Source of the DNA: Escherichia coli
GTDB taxonomy: Bacteria; Pseudomonadota; Gammaproteobacteria; Enterobacterales; Enterobacteriaceae
Reading direction: 5' to 3' (one strand)
Length of the DNA: 64,000 nt
Assembly: GCF_044324875.1 (NCBI RefSeq)
Contig: NZ_CP172185.1
Shown here: piece after piece, positions 9,572 to 23,354 of the stretch
Layout: each line of letters starts with the position of its first letter
Numbering within the stretch: the first letter of the stretch is position 1
Program-made: the position numbers and the translations under genes
The notes under the pieces: generated by a model
What the model was told of the DNA's origin: nothing
The model's database searches: none
Seen by the model: the letters and a program-made list of their open reading frames with translations, nothing else

Positions 9572-10768
9572 CTAAATCATTTCGGGGGGTTCCTGCTTCA
9601 ACGAGCGGCCTGACTGCACCATCTCTCCACAGGCAAGAACGGCGTGCCCCGCCGCTAAAATGTTACGAGCGCCATTTACATCGGCGTTCGCTGTATATCC
9701 ACATGCCTGGCATCTGAATTTACTTTGTGACAGGCGATTTTCTTTCGCTGTATGACCACAGCACGCGCAACGCTGGCTTGTGTACGCTGGCGGAACAGCA
9801 AGCACCTGACCGCCACGCCAGAGCTGCTTGTACTCAAGCTGGCGGCGCATTTCATACCAGCCCTGATCCAGTATCGAACGGTTTAAACCTGATTTTGCCC
9901 GGACATTGCGCCCCGGCTGGCTGACCGTACCCGCTGCTGACTTTGACATGTTGCTGACCTTCAAATCCTCAATGACTATCATTGCGTGGTTTTTGCTGAC
10001 GGTCGTTGTGACTTTGTGAAGGTAGTCCCTGCGGATATTTGCGATACAGGAATGCAGTCGCTGTATTTTGCGTTTCTGCTTCTGCCAGTTATTGCTGAAT
10101 TTGACCTTGCGGCTTAACTGTCGCTGAAGTCTCGCCAGCTTCTTCTGGTTTTTCTGAAAACTGTTTACAGGCTCAAAGACTGTGCCATCTGACAGCGTGG
10201 CGAGTTTAGCCACGCCAGCATCCAGCCCGACCATTGATGCTGAAGGGTGAACCGGAGTTGATACTTCATTTTCAGTCTGAATACTGATGTACCACTTACC
10301 GCAGGACTGGCTGACAGTGACATTTTTCACAACACCCGTGACCTGACGGCTATTCCGGTAGCGCATCCAGCCAAGTTTCGGCAGAAAAATACGGCTGTTT
10401 TCCTGATCGAGCTTAACGCCCTGCGGGTAGCGGAATGCATCATTCTGTCCCCGCTTTTTGAATCGGGGAAAAGCAGCCCGCTTCTGGAAGAAGTTTTTGT
10501 AAGCCCGCTCAAGGTCTTTCAGTGACTGTTGCAATGGCTGTGAGGGCGAATCTTTAAGCCATTGCGTTTCAGTGGCGTTTTTCCACTCAACCAGCCAGGA
10601 AGCCATTTTCCCGTAAGGGATGTATTTATTACCGGCCTCATGATTCTCATTCTGACGTGCCAGAGCACGATTGAAAACGAAACGACATGCGCCTGCGAAG
10701 CGCCTCATTTCACGCTCCTGTTGACCACCGGGTCTTAACTGGAATTTAAATGCCTGTAGTCGTTTCAC
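9572..10768 (-). CDS. tnpB: IS200/IS605-family TnpB (OrfB), RuvC-like RNA-guided nuclease family
   Basis: 398 aa; N-terminal [13 protein letters not shown]..., RuvC-I-like IEDLKV, C-terminal zinc finger CACCGH...CQACG and RuvC-III-like DVNGARNI; full length with no internal stops. Confidence 0.9.
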
Positions 10769-10775
10769 AGGCCAA

Positions 10776-11390
10776 ATGATACTTTGGTCTGTGAGAAAAG
10801 AAACCGATATCCGGCGTGGAAGGCATTGTGTTTTCCTGATGCATGTTCACCAGGTCTTTGTCACCAAATACCGACGTCAGATTTTTGACCATGACGCGAC
10901 AGAAAAACTACGCACTTACTTTTCAAATGTATGTGCTGATTTTGAAGCTGAACTGGTTGAAATGGATGGCGAACCAGATCACGTCCATTTGTTAATTAAC
11001 TATCCTCCCAAACTGGCGATATCCAGTCTGGTAAACAGCCTCAAAGGCGTATCGGGTAGGTTACTGCGACGAGATCGACCAGATATTGCAGTCAGGTATT
11101 ACTACAAAGGCGTTTTGTGGAGTCCTGGCTATTTTGCCAGTAGCTGCGGAGGTGCGCCAATATCCGTCATCCGCCAATACATTGAACAACAGCAAACACC
11201 TGATCAGGTGGAAAACCGCGCCTTATATCCCCGCCCTGAAGGACGGGGTTTTACGGCGCACCGGATAAACCAGGCCAAGCGTATGCTGGTTGATCAAATA
11301 ATATCCCCCAAGCGCAGCAATATTAATATTCACCTGCAATGGGTCGATATCTGGCTTAAAAATATTGTGTTTCCTCCCTTCATCCAATAA
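10776..11390 (+). CDS. tnpA: IS200/IS605-family HuH transposase TnpA; ORF reads through the subterminal hairpin, so the functional C-terminus is uncertain
   Basis: HuH motif ([11 protein letters not shown]) and catalytic Tyr region ([22 protein letters not shown]); about 55 extra codons follow and cross the 11229..11248 hairpin. Confidence 0.75.
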   Translation: MILWSVRKETDIRRGRHCVFLMHVHQVFVTKYRRQIFDHDATEKLRTYFSNVCADFEAELVEMDGEPDHVHLLINYPPKLAISSLVNSLKGVSGRLLRRDRPDIAVRYYYKGVLWSPGYFASSCGGAPISVIRQYIEQQQTPDQVENRALYPRPEGRGFTAHRINQAKRMLVDQIISPKRSNINIHLQWVDIWLKNIVFPPFIQ

Positions 11391-11483
11391 GGATTCCATT
11401 AACTGCAAGTGCGCATGATTAATTTCTAAGAGACACTGTGATTTTGCATAATGCACACCTTTACTTTGGTTTTCACTATGCAC
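11223..11483 (-). pseudogene. ytfA-like regulator fragment whose 3' end is encoded by IS-end sequence
   Basis: 86-aa ORF at the position where K-12 carries ytfA (as I recall); its last codons overlap the IS hairpin, suggesting the IS inserted into or next to the gene's 3' end. Confidence 0.3.
11229..11248. repeat. IS200/IS605 subterminal hairpin, tnpA-proximal (presumed LE)
   Basis: 5-bp stem CCCCG/CGGGG with the same loop CCCTGAAGGA as the hairpin at 9526..9547. Confidence 0.7.
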
Positions 11484-11832
11484 AATTTTTAAAAACCAGG
11501 GATTAGCAATATAATAATCCCAGGTAAAATCGATGATTTTTTCAATGGCTTTTTGTGGCTGGTTAACCTGCTGATTAACAAACGCACCGATACCGACAGC
11601 GTAGAATAATTACATACCGCACAACAAGAATGTATGGTGTAAGGCGTTGTCAGTCATCTCCCTCCCTGGGTGCATCGTTATATCCGTGATGAGCGATTTT
11701 TGATATTAATATCTTTCACCATCCGCTATTTTCACTACTTCAGAAAACAAACTTATTTTTATTAATATCGATTCTTTTTCTTTGAGCATTTAACTACGAT
11801 ATTTATAAAAAAATTAAACAGGCAAAAATACA

Positions 11833-12627
11833 ATGACATTACCAACCACTATTTATTCATTTCCTGCATATTCACCCCGTTTTTCGTCCACCGACAAACC
11901 AGTAAAATTAAAATTTCATCAATACGCACGCGCTACATTACTTTCAAATCGTGGAAGAGATCATAATTGCGATGGCAGACATACTGTTGAGATCCACAAA
12001 CTAGATCTCTCAGACTGGCAAGCATTCAATAAACTAGCGATGGCGTGTAATGCTTACGATGGAATAACAATGAATGGTGATAATTCTTTTGGATGGAACC
12101 ATGAGGCTACATTAGATAATATTCACGCCCAGAAATACAATAAAGCTTACGCGGGTGCGAGGTTAACCGCAGAACTGAAATATTTATTGCAAGATGTCGA
12201 ATCCTTCGAACCCAACAGTAAATACACAATACACGAGGTTGTTTTGGGTCCAGGTTATGGTACTCCAGACTATACCGGCCAAACGATAGGATACGTTGTA
12301 ACCCTTCCTGCCCAAATGCCTAATTGCTGGTCATCTGAACTACCAACAATCGATCTTTATATCGACCAACTTCGCACTGTTACAGGCGTTTCTAATGCCC
12401 TCGGATTCATCATTGCTGCATTGCTAAACGCGTATTCTGATTTACCCCATGATTTGAAAATTGGTCTGCGTTCCTTATCAAGTTCAGCAGCAATCTACTC
12501 GGGTTTGGGTTTCGAGCGAGTGCCGCAGGACCGAGACATAAGGTGCGATCATATGCATCTAACGCCAGCAAACCATCCTGAATTATGGACACAAGAGAAT
12601 GGTGAATGGATCTACTTACGAAACTAA
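11833..12627 (+). CDS. yjfZ: Uncharacterized protein YjfZ
   Basis: 264 aa ORF at the expected syntenic position next to rplI, preceded by a very AT-rich upstream region (11650..11832). Confidence 0.7.
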   Translation: MTLPTTIYSFPAYSPRFSSTDKPVKLKFHQYARATLLSNRGRDHNCDGRHTVEIHKLDLSDWQAFNKLAMACNAYDGITMNGDNSFGWNHEATLDNIHAQKYNKAYAGARLTAELKYLLQDVESFEPNSKYTIHEVVLGPGYGTPDYTGQTIGYVVTLPAQMPNCWSSELPTIDLYIDQLRTVTGVSNALGFIIAALLNAYSDLPHDLKIGLRSLSSSAAIYSGLGFERVPQDRDIRCDHMHLTPANHPELWTQENGEWIYLRN

Positions 12628-12650
12628 TACCTGACGAAAAATAGAAAGCA

Positions 12651-12677
12651 AAACGCCGACCACTGGTCGGCGTTTTT
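12651..12677. terminator. Bidirectional rho-independent terminator between yjfZ and rplI
   Basis: Hairpin aaacgccgacc-actg-gtcggcgttt flanked by T-runs on both strands, between convergent stop codons. Confidence 0.7.
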
Positions 12678-12697
12678 ACGTCTCGTTGAATAACGAA

Positions 12698-13159
<462 letters not shown>

Positions 13160-13188
13160 TCAAAGTCGTATTAATGGACCGTGACCGA

Positions 13189-13735
<547 letters not shown>

Positions 13736-13741
13736 CAGAAA

Positions 13742-14155
<414 letters not shown>

Positions 14156-14463
14156 TTATTCAGCCTCCTGTCTGGGTCAGCCGAATCCCGGGGAGGCAAG
14201 GAACGTGTTAAAGGTCGGCTGAAAAATGACGCGTTATAGTACTGACATACCCCGCTAAACTCAAGGCCAGCCGACAAATAAATCTCATCTTTCACCAAAT
14301 CGTACTAACACGCTGATTTGAAGTTCATCACACTTCATCATGGTGTTTTTTTGAACAACTGCATCAGAAATGGTCACCATCAACTTCTTTATCATTGATT
14401 AAAATTAAATCAGAAGATCATCACAGAGGAGAGCACACAAAGTCAGCCGTTGAGGAGGTATCT

Positions 14464-14739
14464 ATGTTCAGTCGTGTTTTAGCCCTTCTGGCTGTGCTTT
14501 TGCTAAGTGCAAATACATGGGCAGCCATTGAAATTAATAACCACCAGGCCAGAAATATGGACGATGTGCAAAGCTTAGGCGTGATTTATATCAACCATAA
14601 CTTCGCCACTGAAAGTGAAGCACGTCAGGCATTAAATGAAGAGACAGATGCGCAGGGCGCAACGTACTACCATCCGATCCTGATACGGGAACCGGGAAGT
14701 AACGGCAATATGCACGCCAGCGCGGATATTTATCGCTAG
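14464..14739 (+). CDS. yjfY: Small secreted DUF-type protein YjfY (YdgH/BhsA/McbA family)
   Basis: Track ORF 14395..14739; start at MFSRVLALLAVLLLSANTWA (signal peptide) gives 91 aa. Confidence 0.8.
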   Translation: MFSRVLALLAVLLLSANTWAAIEINNHQARNMDDVQSLGVIYINHNFATESEARQALNEETDAQGATYYHPILIREPGSNGNMHASADIYR

Positions 14740-14779
14740 CACCAGGTATAACCAACGAAACATTGCCATAGTTTGCTTT

Positions 14780-14805
14780 GCCCCCTTCGCAGGGGGCTTT
14801 TTTTT
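14780..14805 (+). terminator. Rho-independent terminator downstream of yjfY
   Basis: gcccccttcgcagggggc hairpin followed by an 8-T run. Confidence 0.8.
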
Positions 14806-14868
14806 GAAAAACGGCTGCGGAATTAGACCAGTTATCTCCCGAAGAAGGAAATTTCCGCAGCGCGTGTT

Positions 14869-15555
14869 TTACTTCTGCCCGTAATAAGCGTTGGGACCAT
14901 GCTTACGCATGAAGTGTTTATTCATCAGGTAGCTGTCGATGTGATTCAGTTGTGGGTTAATGCCGCGGGCAATCCACGCCATTTTTGCCACTTCTTCCAT
15001 CACCACCGCATTATGCACCGCATCGTGGGCATCTTTCCCCCAGGCGAACGGCCCGTGCTGGTACACCACAATCCCCGGTGTATGCAGAGGCTCGGCGTTG
15101 CCCAGCGTTTCGATAATCACTTTGCCGGTGTTCAGTTCATACTCGCCCTGCACCTCTTCTTCGCTTAACCCGCGCGTACACGGGATATCGCCAAAGAAGT
15201 AGTCGGCGTGCGTGGTGCCTAACGCCGGGATCGCCAGCCCCGCCTGCGCCCATGCGGTAGCATGAGTGGAGTGGGTATGGACAATGCCGCCAAGCGACGG
15301 ATAACGACGGTAGAGTTCGAGATGCGTCGCAGTGTCGGAAGACGGACGATACTCCCCTTCCACCACCTTACCGCTCATATCGACCACCACCATATCGTCT
15401 GCTTTCATGGTTTCGTAGGCGACACCGCTGGGCTTGATCACCACCAGCCCGCGTTCGCGGTCAATGGTGCTGACGTTGCCCCAGGTAAAGGTCACCAACC
15501 CATAGCGCGGCAGATCCATGTTGGCTTCAAACACCTGCTGTTTTAGCTTTTGCAT
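14869..15555 (-). CDS. ulaF: L-ribulose-5-phosphate 4-epimerase UlaF
   Basis: Class II aldolase/epimerase sequence; start at [12 protein letters not shown] gives 228 aa; last gene of the ula operon. Confidence 0.92.
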   Translation of the reverse strand: MQKLKQQVFEANMDLPRYGLVTFTWGNVSTIDRERGLVVIKPSGVAYETMKADDMVVVDMSGKVVEGEYRPSSDTATHLELYRRYPSLGGIVHTHSTHATAWAQAGLAIPALGTTHADYFFGDIPCTRGLSEEEVQGEYELNTGKVIIETLGNAEPLHTPGIVVYQHGPFAWGKDAHDAVHNAVVMEEVAKMAWIARGINPQLNHIDSYLMNKHFMRKHGPNAYYGQK

Positions 15556-16409
15556 TATGCCGCCTCCACCATGCCTGCTTTGGCCATGCGCGCTTTCACC
15601 CAATCACGCGCTTTCGCCACTTCTGCCGCCGGGTCTTCCGCCGTTTCGCTCCACATCTCAATCAGGTACGGCCCGCAATAGCCACTCTGTTTGAGCGTTT
15701 CGAAGCAACGTTCGAAATCCACTACACCCTCACCAAACGGCACGTTTTTGAAGACGCCCGGTTTGGTGTCTTTCACATGCACCGCGACGATATGCCCGAT
15801 TCCGGCCTGCAACTCCATCTGCACGTCGTTATCCCACGCCGACAGGTTGCCGATATCCGGGTAGAGCTGGAACCACGGGTTGTTGAGATAGTGCGTGTAA
15901 CCCAACGCCTTACTGATGGAGTTCATCAACGGGTAATCCATGATCTCCATCGCCAGCGTCACCTGCGCGCGGCTTGCCATCTCAACGCTCTCTTTCAGCC
16001 CGTCACGGAAACGACGACGCGTTTCGTTATTGGCTTCCTGATAGTAAACGTCATAGCCCGCCAGCTGGATCACGCGAATACCGACGTCCTGGGCGAACTG
16101 GATAGCTTTGCGCATAATCTCCAGCCCCTGCGCCCGTACCGCGTCATCTTCGCTGCCCAGCGGGAAACGACGATGAGCAGAAAGGCACATGGACGGCACG
16201 CGCACGCCAGTTTCAACAATCGCATTCACCAGCGCCAGACGCTGCTCGCGGCTCCAGTCGAGGCGCGACAGGCGATCGTCAGTTTCATCTACCGACATCT
16301 CGACAAAATCGAAGCCTAACGTTTTTGCCAGTTGCAGCCGTTCCAACCAGCACTCCCCGGCGGGGAGCGCTTTTTCATAGATGCCAAGCGGGATTTGTTT
16401 GGACAACAT
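15555..16409 (-). CDS. ulaE: L-xylulose-5-phosphate 3-epimerase UlaE
   Basis: 284 aa, [42 protein letters not shown]... Confidence 0.93.
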   Translation of the reverse strand: MLSKQIPLGIYEKALPAGECWLERLQLAKTLGFDFVEMSVDETDDRLSRLDWSREQRLALVNAIVETGVRVPSMCLSAHRRFPLGSEDDAVRAQGLEIMRKAIQFAQDVGIRVIQLAGYDVYYQEANNETRRRFRDGLKESVEMASRAQVTLAMEIMDYPLMNSISKALGYTHYLNNPWFQLYPDIGNLSAWDNDVQMELQAGIGHIVAVHVKDTKPGVFKNVPFGEGVVDFERCFETLKQSGYCGPYLIEMWSETAEDPAAEVAKARDWVKARMAKAGMVEAA

Positions 16410-16418
16410 ATCCGCTCC

Positions 16419-17069
16419 TTAGCCCCACAGTTCGGCGATGGAACGTTTGAACTGACGCGCGGCTTCAACCGGAGAAGCGGCATCACGGATACTGCGACCA
16501 GCGATAAACACGTGAATCGGAATGCCTTTGAACAGCGGCAGATCTTCCAGCGCCAGGCCACCGGTGACGGTCACTTTGAAGCCCATATCGGAAAGACGTT
16601 TGATCGCGGTAATGTCCGCTTCGCCCCACGCCACGCCTGCGGCCTGTGCGTCACGGCTGCGGTGATAAACCACCTGTTGAATGCCTGCGTCGCGCCACTG
16701 TTGCGCCTGTTCCCAGGTCCAGTAGCCGGTCAGCTCGATCTGCACGTCGCCGTTAAACTCTTTTGCCACGTCCAGCGCACCTTTGGCGGTGTTGATATCC
16801 GCACAGCAAATCACGGTCACCCAGTCAGCGTTGGCTTCAAAGCACATACGAGAAAGGATTTTGCCCGCATCGGCAATTTTGGCGTCTGCCAGTACGATTT
16901 TGTGCGGGTAAAGCGCTTTCAGATCGCGAACCGCACGCACGCCTTCGCCCACGCACAGAATGGTGCCCACTTCGATAATGTCGACTTCTTCGGCAATCAG
17001 GCGAGTGGTTTCGTAGGCGCTATCCATAGTCTGGTTGTCCAGCGCGACTTGCAACATTGGTAATGACAT
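16419..17069 (-). CDS. ulaD: 3-keto-L-gulonate-6-phosphate decarboxylase UlaD
   Basis: Start at [23 protein letters not shown] gives 216 aa; OMP-decarboxylase-like fold family. Confidence 0.92.
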   Translation of the reverse strand: MSLPMLQVALDNQTMDSAYETTRLIAEEVDIIEVGTILCVGEGVRAVRDLKALYPHKIVLADAKIADAGKILSRMCFEANADWVTVICCADINTAKGALDVAKEFNGDVQIELTGYWTWEQAQQWRDAGIQQVVYHRSRDAQAAGVAWGEADITAIKRLSDMGFKVTVTGGLALEDLPLFKGIPIHVFIAGRSIRDAASPVEAARQFKRSIAELWG

Positions 17070-17082
17070 CTTCAATTCCTTC

Positions 17083-17547
17083 TTAAGCTGCCGCGTTGGT
17101 GCGGTCAATTAAATCCAGTACTTCCTGCTCGGTACGGCAGGCGCGTAAACGGTCGAAATTCTCTTCATCTTCAAACAGGTTAACGATCTGCATGATGCCC
17201 ACTTCCTGGTGGGTGTTGGCATCAACCGCCGCCATGGTGATGAGGATATCCACCGGATCGTTATCTTCGTGGTTGAACTCCAGCGGCTTTTTCAGCGTCA
17301 CCAGCGCAAAACCGGTTTTCTTAACGCCCTCTTCCGGGCGACCGTGCGGCATTGCCAGGCCTGGTGCGAGCACAAAGTACGGACCGTGCTGTTCAACCGC
17401 ATCCAGAATCGCCTGGTAGTAACGCGGCTCGACAACATCCGCCGCCACCAGCAGGTCAACGCCGATTTTTACTGCGTCCTGCCATGTCTCAGCTTCAGCC
17501 TGCAGGCGGATGGATTTATTCTCCGCCAGCGAATCACGTAATTTCAT
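17083..17547 (-). CDS. ulaC: Ascorbate-specific PTS enzyme IIA UlaC
   Basis: 154 aa, [26 protein letters not shown]... Confidence 0.93.
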   Translation of the reverse strand: MKLRDSLAENKSIRLQAEAETWQDAVKIGVDLLVAADVVEPRYYQAILDAVEQHGPYFVLAPGLAMPHGRPEEGVKKTGFALVTLKKPLEFNHEDNDPVDILITMAAVDANTHQEVGIMQIVNLFEDEENFDRLRACRTEQEVLDLIDRTNAAA

Positions 17548-17556
17548 GGCGCGTCC

Positions 17557-17862
17557 TTACTTCACATCCTGCGGGAAATGCTCTTTGATCACTTCCAGCA
17601 GTTTCGGGCCAAAGTCGGCAGGAGAGAGCATGTTGCGCACACCAACCACGTATTTGTTGCCGGTCACGGTGATTTCGCCCGCAATGTGCGTAGAAGCGAT
17701 GATGATATCCGCGCCGCTCAACTCGCTTTTGTATTCGCCAACCGCGCAGCTGTTTACCGTGTGGTCAATGTTTGATTGGGTTAAAAACTGGTCCACTTTC
17801 ATCTTCATGATCATGGAACTGCCTTGTCCGTTGCCACACACAGCCAGAATACGTACGGTCAT
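17557..17862 (-). CDS. ulaB: Ascorbate-specific PTS enzyme IIB UlaB
   Basis: About 101 aa, [23 protein letters not shown]..., active-site Cys in the CGNGQGSS loop. Confidence 0.92.
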
Positions 17863-17877
17863 AATCAAAACTCCTTA

Positions 17878-19629
<1,752 letters not shown>

Positions 19630-20694
19630 ATGAGTAAAGTGAAAAGTATCACCCGAGAATCCTGGATCCTGAGCACTTTCCCGGAGTGGGGTAGCTGGCT
19701 GAATGAAGAAATTGAACAAGAACAGGTCGCCCCTGGCACATTTGCGATGTGGTGGCTAGGCTGCACCGGGATCTGGCTGAAATCAGAAGGTGGCACCAAC
19801 GTTTGCGTTGATTTCTGGTGCGGCACTGGCAAACAAAGTCACGGTAACCCGTTAATGAAACAGGGTCACCAGATGCAGCGCATGGCTGGCGTGAAAAAAC
19901 TGCAGCCAAACCTGCGTACCACCCCGTTTGTTCTTGATCCGTTTGCGATTCGCCAGATCGACGCGGTACTGGCGACTCACGATCACAACGATCATATCGA
20001 CGTTAACGTCGCTGCTGCCGTGATGCAGAACTGTGCTGATGACGTACCGTTTATCGGACCGAAAACCTGTGTGGATTTGTGGATTGGCTGGGGCGTACCG
20101 AAAGAGCGTTGCATCGTGGTCAAACCGGGCGATGTTGTAAAAGTGAAAGACATTGAAATTCATGCGCTTGACGCTTTCGACCGTACTGCACTGATCACCC
20201 TACCTGCCGATCAAAAAGCGGCTGGCGTACTGCCAGATGGCATGGACGATCGCGCAGTAAACTACCTGTTCAAAACCCCTGGCGGTTCCCTGTATCACAG
20301 TGGCGATTCCCACTACTCTAACTATTATGCGAAGCACGGTAACGAACATCAGATCGATGTGGCGTTAGGATCGTACGGTGAGAACCCGCGCGGTATTACC
20401 GACAAAATGACCAGCGCCGATATGCTGCGTATGGGTGAAGCCCTGAATGCGAAAGTGGTTATCCCGTTCCACCACGACATCTGGTCAAACTTCCAGGCCG
20501 ATCCGCAAGAAATCCGCGTGCTGTGGGAGATGAAAAAAGATCGTCTGAAGTATGGCTTCAAGCCGTTTATCTGGCAGGTGGGCGGCAAATTTACCTGGCC
20601 GTTGGATAAAGACAACTTCGAGTACCACTATCCGCGTGGTTTCGATGATTGCTTCACTATTGAACCGGATCTGCCGTTCAAGTCATTCCTGTAA
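19630..20694 (+). CDS. ulaG: L-ascorbate-6-phosphate lactonase UlaG (metallo-beta-lactamase fold)
   Basis: 354 aa from [21 protein letters not shown]...; HDHNDH metal-binding motif. Confidence 0.93.
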
Positions 20695-20801
20695 TCTGTC
20701 GTTTATACCGGATAGCGTGGAGTAGTTCGCGCTATCCGGCGTAGTATTTCCTGGCTATTTCAAATATCATCTAAAAAAATCAAATTTTATCGGAATAGCT
20801 C

Positions 20802-21557
20802 ATGACTGAAGCACAAAGACATCAAATCCTCCTGGAAATGCTCGCACAATTGGGCTTTGTGACCGTTGAGAAAGTCGTTGAGCGTCTGGGAATTTCGCCT
20901 GCCACTGCGCGACGCGATATCAATAAACTTGACGAAAGCGGCAAACTGAAAAAAGTGCGCAATGGCGCAGAAGCTATTACCCAGCAGCGCCCGCGCTGGA
21001 CGCCGATGAATCTGCATCAGGCGCAGAATCACGATGAAAAAGTACGTATTGCTAAAGCGGCCTCGCAGCTGGTTAATCCGGGCGAAAGCGTAGTCATCAA
21101 CTGCGGCTCCACCGCGTTTCTGCTTGGGCGGGAAATGTGTGGCAAGCCTGTGCAAATCATCACTAATTATCTACCGCTGGCAAATTACCTGATCGATCAG
21201 GAGCATGACAGTGTGATCATTATGGGCGGACAATACAACAAAAGTCAGTCCATCACTTTAAGCCCGCAAGGCAGCGAAAACAGTCTCTATGCCGGGCACT
21301 GGATGTTTACCAGCGGCAAAGGGCTGACAGCAGAAGGGTTGTATAAAACCGATATGCTGACGGCAATGGCAGAGCAGAAGATGCTAAGCGTGGTAGGGAA
21401 ACTGGTGGTACTGGCTGATAGCAGTAAGATCGGCGAACGCGCGGGAATGCTTTTTAGCCGTGCCGATCAAATCGATATGCTGATCACCGGCAAAAATGCT
21501 AACCCGGAAATCCTGCAACAACTGGAAGCGCAAGGGGTCAGCATTCTGCGTGTTTAA
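20802..21557 (+). CDS. ulaR: DeoR-family repressor UlaR
   Basis: 251 aa, [43 protein letters not shown]... (HTH) plus sugar-binding domain. Confidence 0.93.
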   Translation: MTEAQRHQILLEMLAQLGFVTVEKVVERLGISPATARRDINKLDESGKLKKVRNGAEAITQQRPRWTPMNLHQAQNHDEKVRIAKAASQLVNPGESVVINCGSTAFLLGREMCGKPVQIITNYLPLANYLIDQEHDSVIIMGGQYNKSQSITLSPQGSENSLYAGHWMFTSGKGLTAEGLYKTDMLTAMAEQKMLSVVGKLVVLADSSKIGERAGMLFSRADQIDMLITGKNANPEILQQLEAQGVSILRV

Positions 21558-22303
21558 AGATGCTGGCGGAAAAATGTCACGGCAGCATCTAACGCCTCAG
21601 GCGTAATGCGGTGACGCACGCCTGGCTGCCATGAACAGGTTAGCAGTTTATCCCGTCCCGTCTCGCTTAAGGCCTGCTGCAAACGTAGTGATTCGTCGGC
21701 AGGCACGACGTCATCGTCAAGGCCATGCCACAGCAGTAGAGGTCTGTCAGCAAGTTGTTCCAGGTGGTTTGTCGCTTCCCACTCTGCCAGCGGCGCGACA
21801 ATGTTATTGAATTCATTCTGCTGTGCTGCCGTTTCAGGTATCAGCGGTGGAAACAGTGAACGGGCGAGCGATGTAAAATAGCCCGATCCCATCATGCTGG
21901 CGGTACATTTCACCGTGGAGTGGCGAGCGGTAATTCCCAGTGCCGTCATCGCGCCCATCGACGCGCCACCGACTGCCAGACGGTCAGCAAGCAGCCAGTT
22001 TTCTTCGGCTATTGCCGCACGTAACGTAGTGAATTCCTGCATACTTTGTAGCAAGATTTGCCAGAATTGATTTAACCGCCGCGCTGCGTCGCCACTAAAA
22101 CGACTACCGTGATCGGGCGCATCCGGCATGATCACCCGCAAACCAGCCTGCGCCAGCGCAACGGCAAAATAGCTATACACCAGACTGGACGAAGTAAAGC
22201 CGTGATAAAAAATCGCGCACGGTAACGGGGTATCTTTTTGCCCGACAGGATAAGCATGAAGAACGGGAATATCTGCCAGCTCGCGTGATTCTATTTCAAT
22301 CAT
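21554..22303 (-). CDS. yjfP: Alpha/beta-hydrolase esterase YjfP
   Basis: 249 aa, GGASMG nucleophile elbow motif. Confidence 0.88.
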   Translation of the reverse strand: MIEIESRELADIPVLHAYPVGQKDTPLPCAIFYHGFTSSSLVYSYFAVALAQAGLRVIMPDAPDHGSRFSGDAARRLNQFWQILLQSMQEFTTLRAAIAEENWLLADRLAVGGASMGAMTALGITARHSTVKCTASMMGSGYFTSLARSLFPPLIPETAAQQNEFNNIVAPLAEWEATNHLEQLADRPLLLWHGLDDDVVPADESLRLQQALSETGRDKLLTCSWQPGVRHRITPEALDAAVTFFRQHL

Positions 22304-22484
22304 CTGTCTCTCCTTTTTGTCTGGTATGACATGAAGAAATCCTTAGCACAAGTTTCTGCTGGCGGTATTAGTTCATAATGTTGAGATGTGGGTTACGCTT
22401 TCATCACGTTTTCATTCGAAAATCGCGTACCAGGTAACAATTCGGGAACATTCCCCCAAAGTTAAATTAATAAGGCACTACACT

Positions 22485-22814
22485 ATGGTTAGCAGGAAAC
22501 GTAATAGCGTTATTTACCGGTTTGCCAGTTTATTATTGGTGTTGATGTTAAGTGCCTGTAGCGCACTACAAGGTACGCCACAGCCAGCACCGCCAGTAAC
22601 CGACCATCCGCAAGAGATTCGCCGCGACCAGACGCAAGGGTTACAGCGAATAGGTAGCGTAAGCACGATGGTTCGGGGTTCTCCGGATGACGCATTAGCA
22701 GAAATCAGAGCGAAAGCTGTCGCTGCAAAAGCTGATTATTACGTTGTCGTCATGGTGGACGAAACCATCGTGACAGGACAGTGGTATTCACAAGCCATTT
22801 TGTACCGTAAATAA
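22485..22814 (+). CDS. bsmA: Biofilm stress and motility lipoprotein BsmA (YjfO)
   Basis: Track ORF 22386..22814; start at MVSRKRNSVIYRFASLLLVLMLSACSA (lipobox LSAC) gives 109 aa. Confidence 0.85.
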   Translation: MVSRKRNSVIYRFASLLLVLMLSACSALQGTPQPAPPVTDHPQEIRRDQTQGLQRIGSVSTMVRGSPDDALAEIRAKAVAAKADYYVVVMVDETIVTGQWYSQAILYRK

Positions 22815-22962
22815 ATCAGACAACTTACATAGTCAGCTTTACATTGCTTTGCGTCCCTATGCGTTTACCTGTGCACAATAAATTACCGGCTGGAAGCCTG
22901 GGCGTTTATTACCGCGATGGAATGCCCTGCAACATGTGGGGAAACGAAAAATGGAGCTGACG

Positions 22963-23238
22963 ATGAAACAATTACTTGCCTCACCCTCGCTGCAATTAGT
23001 GACTTATCCTGCGAGCGCCACGGCACAGTCTGCAGAATTCGCCAGTGCTGACTGCGTGACGGGCCTGAATGAAATAGGTCAGATCTCAGTTAGCAATATT
23101 TCAGGGGATCCGCAGGACGTGGAACGTATCGTGGCGTTAAAGGCCGATGAACAAGGTGCGTCATGGTACCGCATTATTACCATGTACGAAGACCAGCAGC
23201 CTGATAACTGGCGCGTACAGGCGATACTGTATGCATGA
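22963..23238 (+). CDS. yjfN: Small protein YjfN (DUF1471/YdgH-BhsA family)
   Basis: Track ORF 22936..23238; start at MKQLLASPSLQL gives 91 aa. Confidence 0.8.
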   Translation: MKQLLASPSLQLVTYPASATAQSAEFASADCVTGLNEIGQISVSNISGDPQDVERIVALKADEQGASWYRIITMYEDQQPDNWRVQAILYA

Positions 23239-23262
23239 GTGTCATCTACAGCAAATGAACAA

Positions 23263-23297
23263 TGCCGGATGCGGCGCGAGCGCCTTGTCCGGCCTAT
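23263..23297. repeat. REP element
   Basis: tgccggatgcggcgcgagcgccttgtccggcctat, a classic E. coli REP palindromic unit, between convergent yjfN and aidB. Confidence 0.7.
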
Positions 23298-23354
23298 AAT
23301 TTTCACATATTTCATTGAGTTAATTGAAACCAGCGTTGCATCAGTCGTATACGC

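Larger units (their letters stand above)
9516..11267 (-). mobile_element. IS200/IS605-family insertion sequence (divergent tnpA and tnpB); ends approximate (+/- 20 bp)
   Basis: TnpB and HuH TnpA ORFs flanked by two subterminal hairpins in direct orientation with an identical 10-nt loop (tccacg-CCCTGAAGGA-cgtgga at 9526..9547; ccccg-CCCTGAAGGA-cgggg at 11229..11248); no terminal inverted repeats, as expected for this family. Confidence 0.8.
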
